From positions 1 through 47,508 of IMG/VR virus record IMGVR_UViG_3300028048_000198: a DNA stretch of 47,508 nucleotides; one strand, written 5' to 3'. The DNA is from a virus. Each line of letters starts with the position of its first letter. Within the stretch, counting starts at the first letter, position 1. A program made the translations under genes and the position numbers. Positions 1 to 8,875 of this stretch are shown here, piece after piece. The notes under the pieces were generated by a model. It made no database searches and was not told where the DNA came from. It saw nothing but the letters and a program-made list of their open reading frames with translations.

Positions 1-127
1 ATAGATAATTTACAAATAGTGTCAAGAAGTGAACATACTAAATTACATCAAGATTATTTGAAAAAGTGTCAATATAAGATATAGTCTGAACTTATGTGAA
101 AGCATAAGAGAACTAATGGAAACGATT
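1..127. repeat. Exact duplicate of window end 47382..47508 (overlap of a circular or circularly permuted assembly)
   Basis: Bases 1-127 (atagataatttacaaatagtg...ggaaacgatt) are identical to the last 127 bases. The copy lies inside the HNH ORF/intron, so features wrap across the window ends. Confidence 0.95.
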
Positions 128-144
128 AGTTCGTAACATATTTG
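1..144 (+). mobile_element. 3' terminal part of the group I intron that begins at 46725 (1..127 duplicated copy, 128..144 unique); terminal G at 144
   Basis: After the HNH stop there are hairpins cttatg-tgaaag-cataag and ctaat-ggaaacg-attag, then ...catatttG|gaa. G144 directly precedes in-frame exon 2. Confidence 0.75.
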
Positions 145-951
145 GAAAGTCAAATGGAATTGAGAGTACAAGCATACTATACTATTATTCATGCTAGTGA
201 ACCAGATTTGTTAATGTGTAGAGCTTATATGCCTTATAACTGTTATAATGAGAATTCTACTAAATTTGATTATAAAAATCCTGAGCATATAAAAAATTAT
301 GCTAAACACCAATGGTATGAATGTATGACTGGAAAAGAATGGATACCTACAGACTTACATAGTGCAACTACTAAAAATGCATTCCCAGAATTAGAAGAAG
401 GTACTCCAGAATTCAAACATCATAGAAAACTAGGAAAGAGAGCAAACTTCTTGAAAGTTTATCAAGGTGGAGTTGATGCATTAATGAACGCACTAGATGT
501 TTCTAGAGATGTAGCAGAGAAATTAGACAAAGCCTTTTATAAATCTTTTCCTAAAATTAGAGAGTATCAAGAATGGGTTACAGAACATTTAAGTCAATAT
601 GGTTATGTAGAAAACTTATATGGTAGAAGATACTATATGGATGATAGTAGGTTTTACTACAGAGCTTGTAATTACTTAATACAAGGTACTTGTGCAGATA
701 TGGTTAAGACTTTTGAGATAAAAGTTTGGGAGTATTTAACAAAGAATAATTTGAAGTCTAGACTAGTTTTACCAATACATGATGAGTTAATGGTAGCTGT
801 AGCTAATGATGAGATGTTTGTTATAGAGGAAGTTAAAAGAATAATGGAAGATGTTACTGATGTTATTAGGTCTATACCTATGATAAGTGAACCTGAAATG
901 AGTACTACGAATTGGGCTTGTAAGGAGGAGTATGTTATAAATGAAGGATAG
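145..951 (+). CDS. Family-A DNA polymerase, exon 2 (rest of motif A, motifs B and C)
   Basis: ESQMELRVQAYY completes motif A (DYSQIELRVLAH-like) when joined to exon 1 ...LAFCD. RKLGKRANFLKVYQGG matches motif B and LPIHDELMV matches motif C. The TTG start at 142 in the track is the last 3 nt of the intron. Confidence 0.9.
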   Translation, partial: ESQMELRVQAYYTIIHASEPDLLMCRAYMPYNCYNENSTKFDYKNPEHIKNYAKHQWYECMTGKEWIPTDLHSATTKNAFPELEEGTPEFKHHRKLGKRANFLKVYQGGVDALMNALDVSRDVAEKLDKAFYKSFPKIREYQEWVTEHLSQYGYVENLYGRRYYMDDSRFYYRACNYLIQGTCADMVKTFEIKVWEYLTKNNLKSRLVLPIHDELMVAVANDEMFVIEEVKRIMEDVTDVIRSIPMISEPEMSTTNWACKEEYVINEG

Positions 952-1087
952 AGTTAAAGAAATAAAACAATTAATATATTTAAAATCAGAGTTGATAAGA
1001 CAAACTAAGAAAGAGATAAAACAATTACAACAAGAAAAACAAACTATTGAAGGTGAGAAAAGATTACAAAAGAAGAAGGTGAAATAA
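941..1087 (+). CDS. Hypothetical 48-aa Lys/Gln-rich coiled-coil protein (below track cutoff)
   Basis: taaggaggag at 921-930, ATG at 941; the stop overlaps the next ATG (TAATG). Confidence 0.45.
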   Translation: MKDRVKEIKQLIYLKSELIRQTKKEIKQLQQEKQTIEGEKRLQKKKVK

Positions 1088-1170
1088 TGATAGGTAAAAT
1101 AATATTTGGTGTATTAATATTGCTAGTAGGATTTATAATATGGTGTATGTTAAAAGTAGGTGATGATTAA
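1087..1170 (+). CDS. Hypothetical 27-aa single-TM micropeptide
   Basis: MIGKIIFGVLILLVGFIIWCMLKVGDD; start and stop are both coupled to neighbouring ORFs. Confidence 0.35.
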   Translation: MIGKIIFGVLILLVGFIIWCMLKVGDD

Positions 1171-1421
1171 TGGGATTTGATTATGAAAAAGTAGAAAAAG
1201 CATGGTTTAAACCAAAAAAGACTGTATTAGAAATGACAGAGAATAGAAAATTATTATTTAGTGGAAGATCAGTTATAATAGATGAATTTAGGTCGTGGTG
1301 TACAGAACATGAAGTTGCTTTTTCACCAAATAATCTACTTGTTTTTCTACAATTAAATGAACTATTAGACATAGACAGAATATTTGACAAAATACAAGAA
1401 ATTAAAAAGGAGTTGGTATAA
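1170..1421 (+). CDS. Hypothetical protein (83 aa)
   Basis: ORF in the co-directional, tightly packed gene array; no motif recognised. Confidence 0.65.
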   Translation: MGFDYEKVEKAWFKPKKTVLEMTENRKLLFSGRSVIIDEFRSWCTEHEVAFSPNNLLVFLQLNELLDIDRIFDKIQEIKKELV

Positions 1422-1727
1422 ATGAACATTTATTTAGATTATTTATTAAAGAACTTTGGTGGAGCACATTTAGCAGGAGCTAAAATTGCTGCTGAGCTTA
1501 TTGAAAAATATGATATTACTGATATAAATAATGCATACCATAAATATGCAGATGATCATAATGATAAATATGCTAATGTAGAAAGAGCTATTAGACACTA
1601 TATTAGTGTAATTGGAACTATGAGAGATGTTGAAAAAATTCTAGGGTGTAAATGTTTTAATAATAGAAACTTTACAAATAAAGAATTTCTAGCAATAGTT
1701 AAAATAAGAGCTGAGGAGGTAAAATAG
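1422..1727 (+). CDS. Stand-alone Spo0A C-terminal (effector, DNA-binding) domain homologue without receiver domain
   Basis: YANVERAIRHYISVIG matches Spo0A ASRVERAIRHAIEVAW. NFTNKEFLAIVKIRAEE matches KPTNSEFIAMVADKLRLE. GGAHLAGAKIAAELI matches GVPAHIKGYLYLREAI. SD aaggag lies 8 nt upstream. Confidence 0.75.
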   Translation: MNIYLDYLLKNFGGAHLAGAKIAAELIEKYDITDINNAYHKYADDHNDKYANVERAIRHYISVIGTMRDVEKILGCKCFNNRNFTNKEFLAIVKIRAEEVK

Positions 1728-1985
1728 ATGGGGCTATTAGCAGGACTAGAAGCAGACAGAAGATACACAGAAGAATTAGAGAACAAAATAGAGTACTATC
1801 AAAGAAAAACACAAAGACAACAAAAACAAATAGATGATATGAAAAACAAATTTGATGAACTTATGTATAATTCAGAAAAAATCGATAAAGCAACAGCACT
1901 ATACTTAAAAGAATTATCTGAAAAAGGAAAAGTAGATGATCTTGCTTGTAAGATGTTTAATGTTTTGGAGGGAAATATAAAATGA
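1728..1985 (+). CDS. Hypothetical coiled-coil protein (85 aa)
   Basis: SD gaggagg upstream; heptad-like charged sequence. Confidence 0.65.
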   Translation: MGLLAGLEADRRYTEELENKIEYYQRKTQRQQKQIDDMKNKFDELMYNSEKIDKATALYLKELSEKGKVDDLACKMFNVLEGNIK

Positions 1986-2200
1986 AAATAGTTTTTGATT
2001 ATATGGATAACTCCTATGAAATAACAAATATAACATATCATGCGTATGATGGAAAGAGAAGGACTACAGTTATAGGATACAAGGATGTTTATAATGATGA
2101 AAGTACATGGATAATTAGGAACTTTCATTTAACAATAGATGAAGCGATAAATGAAGTAAAAAGGAATATAAGAGAGAGGAATATAAAAAATGATAAATAA
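1982..2200 (+). CDS. Hypothetical protein (72 aa)
   Basis: ATGA overlap with the upstream stop; SD ggaggg. Confidence 0.6.
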   Translation: MKIVFDYMDNSYEITNITYHAYDGKRRTTVIGYKDVYNDESTWIIRNFHLTIDEAINEVKRNIRERNIKNDK

Positions 2201-2354
2201 GAAAAGAAAGTTAATATTTGAATTTGAAGATAAAGGAACAGGAATTATGGTTAAGACTAAAGTTAAAGGTAAACTAAAACTAGCTGATATTCTTTGTGCT
2301 AAACAAGTAATAGATAATAAGATAAAAGACAATGGCAAAGACAAAAGAAAGTAA
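2190..2354 (+). CDS. Hypothetical 54-aa basic protein (below track cutoff)
   Basis: ATG at 2190, open to TAA at 2352-2354; overlaps both neighbours. Confidence 0.35.
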   Translation: MINKKRKLIFEFEDKGTGIMVKTKVKGKLKLADILCAKQVIDNKIKDNGKDKRK

Positions 2355-2697
2355 ACTTGAGCAAGACATAGAGAGATTTATGCAAAGAAAAGGTATTTGG
2401 CAACTTGCTAGATACCAAGCTCAGTCTAACCAAAATGGTTTACCTGATAGAATGTATTTATATAAAGGTTACCTTCTAGGTCTAGAGCTTAAGACTGATG
2501 AAGGTAAACCTACAAAATTACAACTAAAGAAACTTGATGCAATAAATAAAAATGGTGGAATTGGATTAATTGTTAGAAATGTTGAAACAGTTGAGAAGTT
2601 GATAAGATATATAGATGCTTATGAACCTATAACTGAGGACTGTAGTGCTTATATATTAAGTCAAATGAAGGAATGGATGGAAGAAAATGGGTATTAA
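2332..2697 (+). CDS. VRR-NUC domain nuclease (PD-(D/E)xK, Holliday-junction-resolvase-like)
   Basis: NGLPDRMYLYKGYLLGLELKTDEGKPTKLQ fits the VRR-NUC G-x-PD ... E-x-K ... Q signature. Confidence 0.8.
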   Translation: MAKTKESKLEQDIERFMQRKGIWQLARYQAQSNQNGLPDRMYLYKGYLLGLELKTDEGKPTKLQLKKLDAINKNGGIGLIVRNVETVEKLIRYIDAYEPITEDCSAYILSQMKEWMEENGY

Positions 2698-3007
2698 AGA
2701 TTATATGAATAAATTGTTATCTGACCTAGATAAAGAAGGATTTGTATTACAATACTATGAAGCATATTCCACTTCTAGTTGTTATATAAAACTAGATTAT
2801 GGGGAATGTAACTCAATAAGAATAGTAGATCACAAAGGTAAAGATAAATATCCTTATAGATTTAATCTAATGATAGGTTTAGATAAGTCTTATGCAACTA
2901 ATGGTAGAAATTATTATAGTGTTGATGACTATGATAAAATGATTTCTGATATTAAAGAGTTTAAAGAAAAACAACTTGAAAAATATGGTTTTAAATACTA
3001 CGAATAG
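2687..3007 (+). CDS. Hypothetical protein (106 aa)
   Basis: ORF overlapping the upstream stop; no motif recognised. Confidence 0.6.
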   Translation: MGIKDYMNKLLSDLDKEGFVLQYYEAYSTSSCYIKLDYGECNSIRIVDHKGKDKYPYRFNLMIGLDKSYATNGRNYYSVDDYDKMISDIKEFKEKQLEKYGFKYYE

Positions 3008-3012
3008 AAAGG

Positions 3013-3038
3013 GTTTTTGGGCAAAAGCAAAAACTTTT
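3013..3038 (+). terminator. Weak AT-rich hairpin plus T-run
   Basis: gtttttg-ggcaaaag-caaaaac followed by tttt. Confidence 0.3.
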
Positions 3039-3045
3039 AATGACT

Positions 3046-3080
3046 AATTTTCAACTTTTTAGAAAAGTGTATGTTATAAT
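3046..3080 (+). promoter_or_regulatory. Extended -10 promoter candidate upstream of the exonuclease gene
   Basis: TGtTATAAT at 3072-3080; the -35 is poor (caactt). Confidence 0.35.
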
Positions 3081-3102
3081 GTAGTCAAGAAGGAGAGATA
3101 AT

Positions 3103-3987
3103 ATGAAAGAAAGATTTGATGTAATTGCTAGTAGTTTGTCTAGTTATATGGGGGTAGGATTTAATACAATTCAAGAACAACTAGATTATGACTTAGGAAA
3201 TGAAGAAAGAGTAGTTGATGATGAAGCACAAGACAGAATGAACTTGGGTATCGCTCTAGAAGATGGTTGCTTAAATTATTTTGAACAAAAAATGGGAATA
3301 CTTATTGATGAAAGAAACTCTGAATACAAGTATGCTTTCAATGATCAGCTTAAGTGTAAAAGAGATGGTAGAACATTTATAGACGGAGTTGAAACAGGAG
3401 TTGAAAACAAATACTCTAATTCATCTAGTGAATGTTTTACTGATAGTATTGGTTATGAAATACAATGTCAAGCATATATGGCTGCTTGGGGATTAGACCA
3501 ATGGCTATTATGTGGTATGTGGCAAGGTAAACCAGTATGTAAATTAATTAAAAGAAATGAAGAAATAATAAAAGATATTGAAGTTATAGTTAATTCTGTA
3601 GTTGAAATAATGATGGGTATCAGAAGTATTGATGATTATCCTTGGGATGTTGTAGAAAAGTATTCTAAACAAAAACAACTAAAAGTATTGACTGATGATG
3701 ACTTAGAGGAGTATGATAAACAACTGTTGAATAGTGTTGGTAAGTTAAAAGCACAAAAGAAAGCTATTGAAGATAAATTAAAAGAACTTGAGGATTATGC
3801 TAAACTACACTATGAAGATAGTAAATGGGAAGATGCTGACTTTAAATACTCTATATCTACATCTGCTGGAAGGTCTACATTTGATAAGAATACATTTAGT
3901 ATTGAAAACCCTACAATAGATATTATGAAGTATTATAAAGAAGGTACGCCTTTTAGAACAATAAGATGTACAGCAAAGAAGAAATAA
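3103..3987 (+). CDS. YqaJ/lambda-Exo-like PD-(D/E)xK recombination exonuclease with C-terminal coiled coil
   Basis: LGIALEDG..., KRDGRTF...GVENKYS (D...E-x-K) and YEIQCQAYMAAWGLDQWLL fit the YqaJ pattern. SD aaggagag. Confidence 0.7.
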   Translation: MKERFDVIASSLSSYMGVGFNTIQEQLDYDLGNEERVVDDEAQDRMNLGIALEDGCLNYFEQKMGILIDERNSEYKYAFNDQLKCKRDGRTFIDGVETGVENKYSNSSSECFTDSIGYEIQCQAYMAAWGLDQWLLCGMWQGKPVCKLIKRNEEIIKDIEVIVNSVVEIMMGIRSIDDYPWDVVEKYSKQKQLKVLTDDDLEEYDKQLLNSVGKLKAQKKAIEDKLKELEDYAKLHYEDSKWEDADFKYSISTSAGRSTFDKNTFSIENPTIDIMKYYKEGTPFRTIRCTAKKK

Positions 3988-3988
3988 T

Positions 3989-4186
3989 ATGGAAGATAAA
4001 AAGGTGTTATCTACAAAATCTACAGTAGATTTAATAAAAGAGTTGGCAGTACTTGATCATGAAATAGAATTAAAAATAATGAAGTATAACTTATACAGCA
4101 TGGAGCTACACAAAAGATTTGGTGATAGTGTTATAGGAGATGTTTATGAACCTAAGATACTAGTTAAAAAGAAAGAAGGAGAGTAG
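3989..4186 (+). CDS. Hypothetical protein (65 aa)
   Basis: ORF packed 1 nt after the upstream stop. Confidence 0.55.
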   Translation: MEDKKVLSTKSTVDLIKELAVLDHEIELKIMKYNLYSMELHKRFGDSVIGDVYEPKILVKKKEGE

Positions 4187-4187
4187 T

Positions 4188-4469
4188 ATGAAAAATAGAT
4201 TTGATTTTATCAAAGAAAGTAAAGATATAGTAAGAAATTATGCTTATAAACATTTAGATGTGACTGATAATATAGAAAAGCAAGATTTTGATGTATATGT
4301 AGTTTGGTATGCTTATGAACTAGGAAATCAAAAAGCAATGATAAGCACCTCATTACTTGATGGAATGTACTATGAAGTTACATACAATATAAATAAAAAT
4401 GAAATATATCTTGATGCATACAAGAAGTTTGAGAATAAAGTTATAAATTTAAAGAAAGAAGGAGAATGA
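4188..4469 (+). CDS. Hypothetical protein (93 aa)
   Basis: SD gaaggagag 5 nt upstream. Confidence 0.65.
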   Translation: MKNRFDFIKESKDIVRNYAYKHLDVTDNIEKQDFDVYVVWYAYELGNQKAMISTSLLDGMYYEVTYNINKNEIYLDAYKKFENKVINLKKEGE

Positions 4470-4471
4470 TT

Positions 4472-4924
4472 ATGAAAACAATAATTGAAGAAATAAGAGA
4501 ATATATTGCTTGTCCTCAATTTGGGGATGACCATTATGGTAAATGGGGAGCTTTAAGTAGAATTCAGAGATCTAAAATAAAAGAACTATGTGATTATGCA
4601 AATGCACTAGAAGGTATGGTTGATGAATACAATAAGTTAAACGATGATGCTATAGATGCAACTGAATATTTTTCAAAAATTGTATTAGGAATTTGGAATA
4701 ATGACAATGAAGATTATAAAGTTAGATTTGTAAAAGAATATAAGGAATTAAAAGAAAGATATGGAAAGTTACATAAAATGATAGTGAAAGCAGAAGCTGG
4801 AACTTTAGATTTTGAACTTGACTGTCCTTTAGATTTACTAAAACAACAAGCTAAAGCTATGGGAGAATACCTACATATACTTGAAATAAGAGCTGAAATA
4901 GAAAAGGTAAATATAAATGAGTAA
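4472..4924 (+). CDS. Hypothetical protein with a helical C-terminal domain (YKELKERYGKLHKMI...LLKQQAKAMGEYLHILEIR)
   Basis: ATG at 4472 is better spaced from the SD ggaga than the track start at 4466. The C-terminal half resembles a family common in Firmicute and gut phages. Confidence 0.6.
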   Translation: MKTIIEEIREYIACPQFGDDHYGKWGALSRIQRSKIKELCDYANALEGMVDEYNKLNDDAIDATEYFSKIVLGIWNNDNEDYKVRFVKEYKELKERYGKLHKMIVKAEAGTLDFELDCPLDLLKQQAKAMGEYLHILEIRAEIEKVNINE

Positions 4925-5150
4925 AGAAGAATATGCACAATTATATTCCTTATTAGGTAAACTAAAATACGAAATAGGTATTACATTTAGACAGAGGATA
5001 AATTGTCATAATCTTATGAATGATAACTTACAAAAGATAAATGAAGTATTAACTATGCCTATATTTTTAAGTGATGATGATAAGTGTACTATTACACCAT
5101 TAGATGATTACTTAAAAGCAGAAGATTTTGTATTAAACGAAAAAGACTAG
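4917..5150 (+). CDS. Hypothetical protein (77 aa), last gene of the rightward arm
   Basis: ATGA overlap with the upstream stop. Confidence 0.55.
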   Translation: MSKEEYAQLYSLLGKLKYEIGITFRQRINCHNLMNDNLQKINEVLTMPIFLSDDDKCTITPLDDYLKAEDFVLNEKD

Positions 5151-5167
5151 AACAATCTAGTCTTTTT
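5140..5167. terminator. Bidirectional rho-independent terminator between the convergent arms
   Basis: aaaaagactaga-acaa-tctagtcttttt: a perfect 12-bp stem flanked by A/T runs, overlapping both stop codons. Confidence 0.85.
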
Positions 5168-8100
5168 ATTTCATTCTATTAAATTGTTGTATATATGGAT
5201 TTGCTTTCATACCATTTAATTTATTAAGCTTAGCCATAATACCTTCTACAGATGAATTCTTATTTGCTTGTTTAAGCTCAGCCATAGTGCTAAACTCATA
5301 GCCTTGTTGTTCGTATTGTTTCATCATTGTTTCCAATTTATCTAGTTGGTCATACATTCTATTTATTCTATCTGTGTCAACATTACCTTCCATTGTAAAT
5401 GCATTTCCTAAAGCACTAAGAGGATTACCTTCTCCATTCATAGTTTGTTGTATTCCTTGATAAGCTCTAACTCCAGTTTTAATAGGAACATCTAAACCTG
5501 TTGTACCACCTAATAAATATTCTTGCATCTTAGTTAGTCCTGGGATGTTTGTACTCATTTGTCCTTTGAATTTCTCTATATCATTTCCAGTAAAGGAATT
5601 TCTATTCATAACTAACTCTGTAGGCATTTTAATTCCTGGTGATACTAGATTTACTGTGTTGCTTAAAGGATGCTCAATAGTATCTATTAAGTTACCAAAA
5701 GGCATTGTACCTCTTAGTACTGTATAAGAACCATCTTTACCAATACCTGGAATTGGTATGTATAAATTGTCTTTCATCCATGCAGATACACTCTCACTGT
5801 TGTCATCGGTTGCAGCATCTAATAGACCTTTATAACCTTTTATAAGTCTGCTATATTGAGATGCATTTTTAGATAAGTTTTCTACTTGAAAAGCTAAGTT
5901 TTTCTTCGTAAATGTATAGAAAGGCATAATCCTTTTCATTTTGTTTCTTTCAAAATCAGTTAAGTCTGATGGATCGAATAAGATTTTTCTTACAGCTTCT
6001 CCAGCATCTTCAACTCCTAGTCTATCTAGGAATTTAGTATTTCTAGAACCTTCTATAAATGTAGCAAGTCTAGCCATAGTATCCATAGTGTTATTCATTT
6101 TATTGTTTAAATAAGGTAAACCATCTTTTATAAAGTCCTTAACACTTTTAAGTTCTTTTTCTCCAGTAAAATATTTTCTTAAGCCATCTGGCATATCTGC
6201 TAGGTCAAACGCAGTTAATGACTTAGGATCACCAAATCCTGCATCTATAAACCTATTCCACATTTCTAACATATCACTTTCTTTAGCTGTAAGTGGTATA
6301 TTGTTAGCAGCCTTTTTCATTAAATCATCACTTTTATTCATTATATTAAGTGCTTCTGGGAAAAGTTGAGCTTGTTTAGTTGGGTTAATACCAGCTAAGA
6401 ACATATTTGATGAGTTACCTAAAAGGTTGTTAATCTGGAATGTAGGAGATAATACTTTATTCTTTTTAAAGAAATTCATGTATTTATCATACAATCTTGT
6501 TAGACCTTTAACATCATTTTTATTTGTGCCTATTTCTATAAGTCTTATTACATCTTTATTTATAGCAAGTTTATCACCATTATTTTTAATATACTTAGCT
6601 ATATCTTTCATTTCATCAATACCTAATTCAGAGCTTATTTGTTCTACTTTATTTACCAGTTTTTCAACTTCTCCTTTTTCTAGTTGCTTAAAGCCTCTAG
6701 GAATGGCTGCATCTGATTTAGTAAGTATTTTCATGTTACTATTATTTAACTTATCTATTTTTTGAGCTGTTAATTTTTCAACTAAACTATTATCTCCAAC
6801 TTTCTTAGCAGCTTTTAATTCCTTGTCAATTTCTTTAAGTTCTTTGTAATTACCAAATGTTGCATCGACTAAAACTGAGTTCAATGTTTTGTTATCTTTT
6901 GCTAATTTTGGTATATTTTCTAGATAATTAGTAAATGAACCTGTTAAAGTACCTGAGAATAAGCTACCATCTTTTAATAATTTTTCAACAGCTTGTTTTT
7001 GTTTACTATTTAAGTTATCCATATTCTTTCTTATAGTATCTTCAAACATATTGTTTGCTTCTAAAACAGACATATTGTATTTTCTATCATTTAGTATTCT
7101 AGCATTTCCCTTAGTTTTTACTCTACCATATTCATCAACAAAGTCTAAGTCTAAATCTTTAAACTTATTAATAGTATCTGCATTATAACCATGTCTTACA
7201 TATCCTTTATTATCCTTACCATATCTTTCAACAAGTTTTGTACCAAAATTCTTATCTATAACATCATTAGCTTTATTAAATATGTTATCAGTTTGCTTAT
7301 ATAATTCGTGAAATCTTGTGTCCTTATTATATTTTGCCATCAATTTATCAAGTCGTTCTATATCCTCTGGTCTATAGTTTCCTACTTTAGTAACTTGCTC
7401 AGCAAGTTTATTACCATCTAACGAAAGTCCAGAAATTTCATCAGCAATTTCTTTACCAAATTTATTAGATATAGCCTTATATTGTTTACTAGAAGGATTA
7501 TGAACCATATACCAACCTTCACCTAGTTTTACAAGTCCATCTTTATCAACTGAAACTGACATATCTAAACCTCTACCAGCCTTTGATACATCATCACCTA
7601 TTGCATTAAGTTTCCCAATTATTTCATCACCAGCATCAGCATAGGTAAGTTTTTTATTCTTAGCTTCCTTTATAATGTCATTCATTGTTGTTTCTCTTTT
7701 TAAGAACATCTTTTCCTTAATATCTAAAAGGTCTTTATCTGTAGTGTCTGCTATTTTCTTTATCATATCGTCAACACTATCTGTAGCTTTTACAATTCCA
7801 TTGTCTATATAATATTTTAACTTCTCACTATCGTTTACAACATCTGTAGCATAGTCTGCAATGTCTTTACCTAATTTTTCATATAAAGGTTTTAACTCAT
7901 TAGCAGCTCTAACACTATCAGCATTATTTTTTCTTAAAGTGTTTTTAATATTCTTAGGAATACTAGCAGCAGTACTAAATGCCTTAGAAATTTGGTCTTT
8001 AATATCCTTGTAAGTTTCCAGTTTACCTACAACACTATTTTTTGTTATATCCTTAACATTCTTACCAAGTTCTTTAGCAAGTTTCTCAGCACCTTCTTTT

Positions 8101-8858
8101 GTTAGGTTTTTACCTAAATTAGCAGCACTCTTAGCTCCTACATTAGCATATTCTATTCCTTGTGATTTATCTAATGCTTTAAGTGTTGCTTCAATACCTG
8201 TGTCTAATCCTTTAGCACCTTTCTTTATTGCTTTACCAGCACCTGCAAATATTAAGTCATTTGCCGATTTAAACTTAACACCAGCCTTAGCAGCATCAGT
8301 AGCTTTATCAGCAGCCTTAATTGCTTTAGCAGTATCACTTGCAGTATCCAAAGCCTTAGCACCTTTAGCAGCACCAGACACAGGAAGAACAGCTAAATCC
8401 ATTGGGTCTAGAAGAACATCTCCTGCAAAGCCTAGAACATCTGCTACGTCTAGTTTACCTTTTCTATCAGACATACCTGCTTCTGTAAGTATATCCTTGA
8501 AGTTAGTTTCTGTATCTCCTTTGAAATTACTCCATGCAGCAGCACCAGCATCTTCACCTTTTTGTGCAGCATTTATAGCACCAAATAGAGCTTGTTGTGG
8601 TCTGTTTAGTAACTCAAATATATCAAATACAACATTTTGATTTTCTGGAAGTCCTAAGAATTTCTCAACAGCATTTCTGCTATCTTTTGCTTTTGATGTG
8701 TCTACACCAGCAGCTTCCATTCTTGTAGAAAGGTTATCTATTTTTGTTTGTAAACTACCTTGTTTACCAGAACTAGTACTAGAAGATGCACTTTTTACAG
8801 CTTTAGCATTTGCATCTCTTAACGAATTATATAATTTTTCATAATAACCTTTTGCCAC
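5166..8858 (-). CDS. Very large (1230 aa) virion-module protein, putative internal/ejection protein
   Basis: GTG start with SD gaggaaggtg. Ala/Lys/Gly-rich helical N-terminal third. It is the last gene of a 3-gene unit after the lysis cassette. The function is positional inference only. Confidence 0.55.
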   Translation of the reverse strand: MAKGYYEKLYNSLRDANAKAVKSASSSTSSGKQGSLQTKIDNLSTRMEAAGVDTSKAKDSRNAVEKFLGLPENQNVVFDIFELLNRPQQALFGAINAAQKGEDAGAAAWSNFKGDTETNFKDILTEAGMSDRKGKLDVADVLGFAGDVLLDPMDLAVLPVSGAAKGAKALDTASDTAKAIKAADKATDAAKAGVKFKSANDLIFAGAGKAIKKGAKGLDTGIEATLKALDKSQGIEYANVGAKSAANLGKNLTKEGAEKLAKELGKNVKDITKNSVVGKLETYKDIKDQISKAFSTAASIPKNIKNTLRKNNADSVRAANELKPLYEKLGKDIADYATDVVNDSEKLKYYIDNGIVKATDSVDDMIKKIADTTDKDLLDIKEKMFLKRETTMNDIIKEAKNKKLTYADAGDEIIGKLNAIGDDVSKAGRGLDMSVSVDKDGLVKLGEGWYMVHNPSSKQYKAISNKFGKEIADEISGLSLDGNKLAEQVTKVGNYRPEDIERLDKLMAKYNKDTRFHELYKQTDNIFNKANDVIDKNFGTKLVERYGKDNKGYVRHGYNADTINKFKDLDLDFVDEYGRVKTKGNARILNDRKYNMSVLEANNMFEDTIRKNMDNLNSKQKQAVEKLLKDGSLFSGTLTGSFTNYLENIPKLAKDNKTLNSVLVDATFGNYKELKEIDKELKAAKKVGDNSLVEKLTAQKIDKLNNSNMKILTKSDAAIPRGFKQLEKGEVEKLVNKVEQISSELGIDEMKDIAKYIKNNGDKLAINKDVIRLIEIGTNKNDVKGLTRLYDKYMNFFKKNKVLSPTFQINNLLGNSSNMFLAGINPTKQAQLFPEALNIMNKSDDLMKKAANNIPLTAKESDMLEMWNRFIDAGFGDPKSLTAFDLADMPDGLRKYFTGEKELKSVKDFIKDGLPYLNNKMNNTMDTMARLATFIEGSRNTKFLDRLGVEDAGEAVRKILFDPSDLTDFERNKMKRIMPFYTFTKKNLAFQVENLSKNASQYSRLIKGYKGLLDAATDDNSESVSAWMKDNLYIPIPGIGKDGSYTVLRGTMPFGNLIDTIEHPLSNTVNLVSPGIKMPTELVMNRNSFTGNDIEKFKGQMSTNIPGLTKMQEYLLGGTTGLDVPIKTGVRAYQGIQQTMNGEGNPLSALGNAFTMEGNVDTDRINRMYDQLDKLETMMKQYEQQGYEFSTMAELKQANKNSSVEGIMAKLNKLNGMKANPYIQQFNRMK

Positions 8859-8875
8859 AGTATCACCTTCCTCTT

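Noticed and set aside
1-127. Possible biological direct terminal repeat (DTR)
   Set aside because: The repeat falls inside the HNH ORF and intron of an interrupted essential gene. It has the size of a typical assembler k-mer overlap. A packaging DTR is more plausibly located in the non-coding region near 30560-31000.
142-144. TTG start codon of the track ORF 142..951
   Set aside because: There is no SD. These 3 nt end in the intron's terminal G, and the polymerase motif A is restored only by splicing 46724 to 145.
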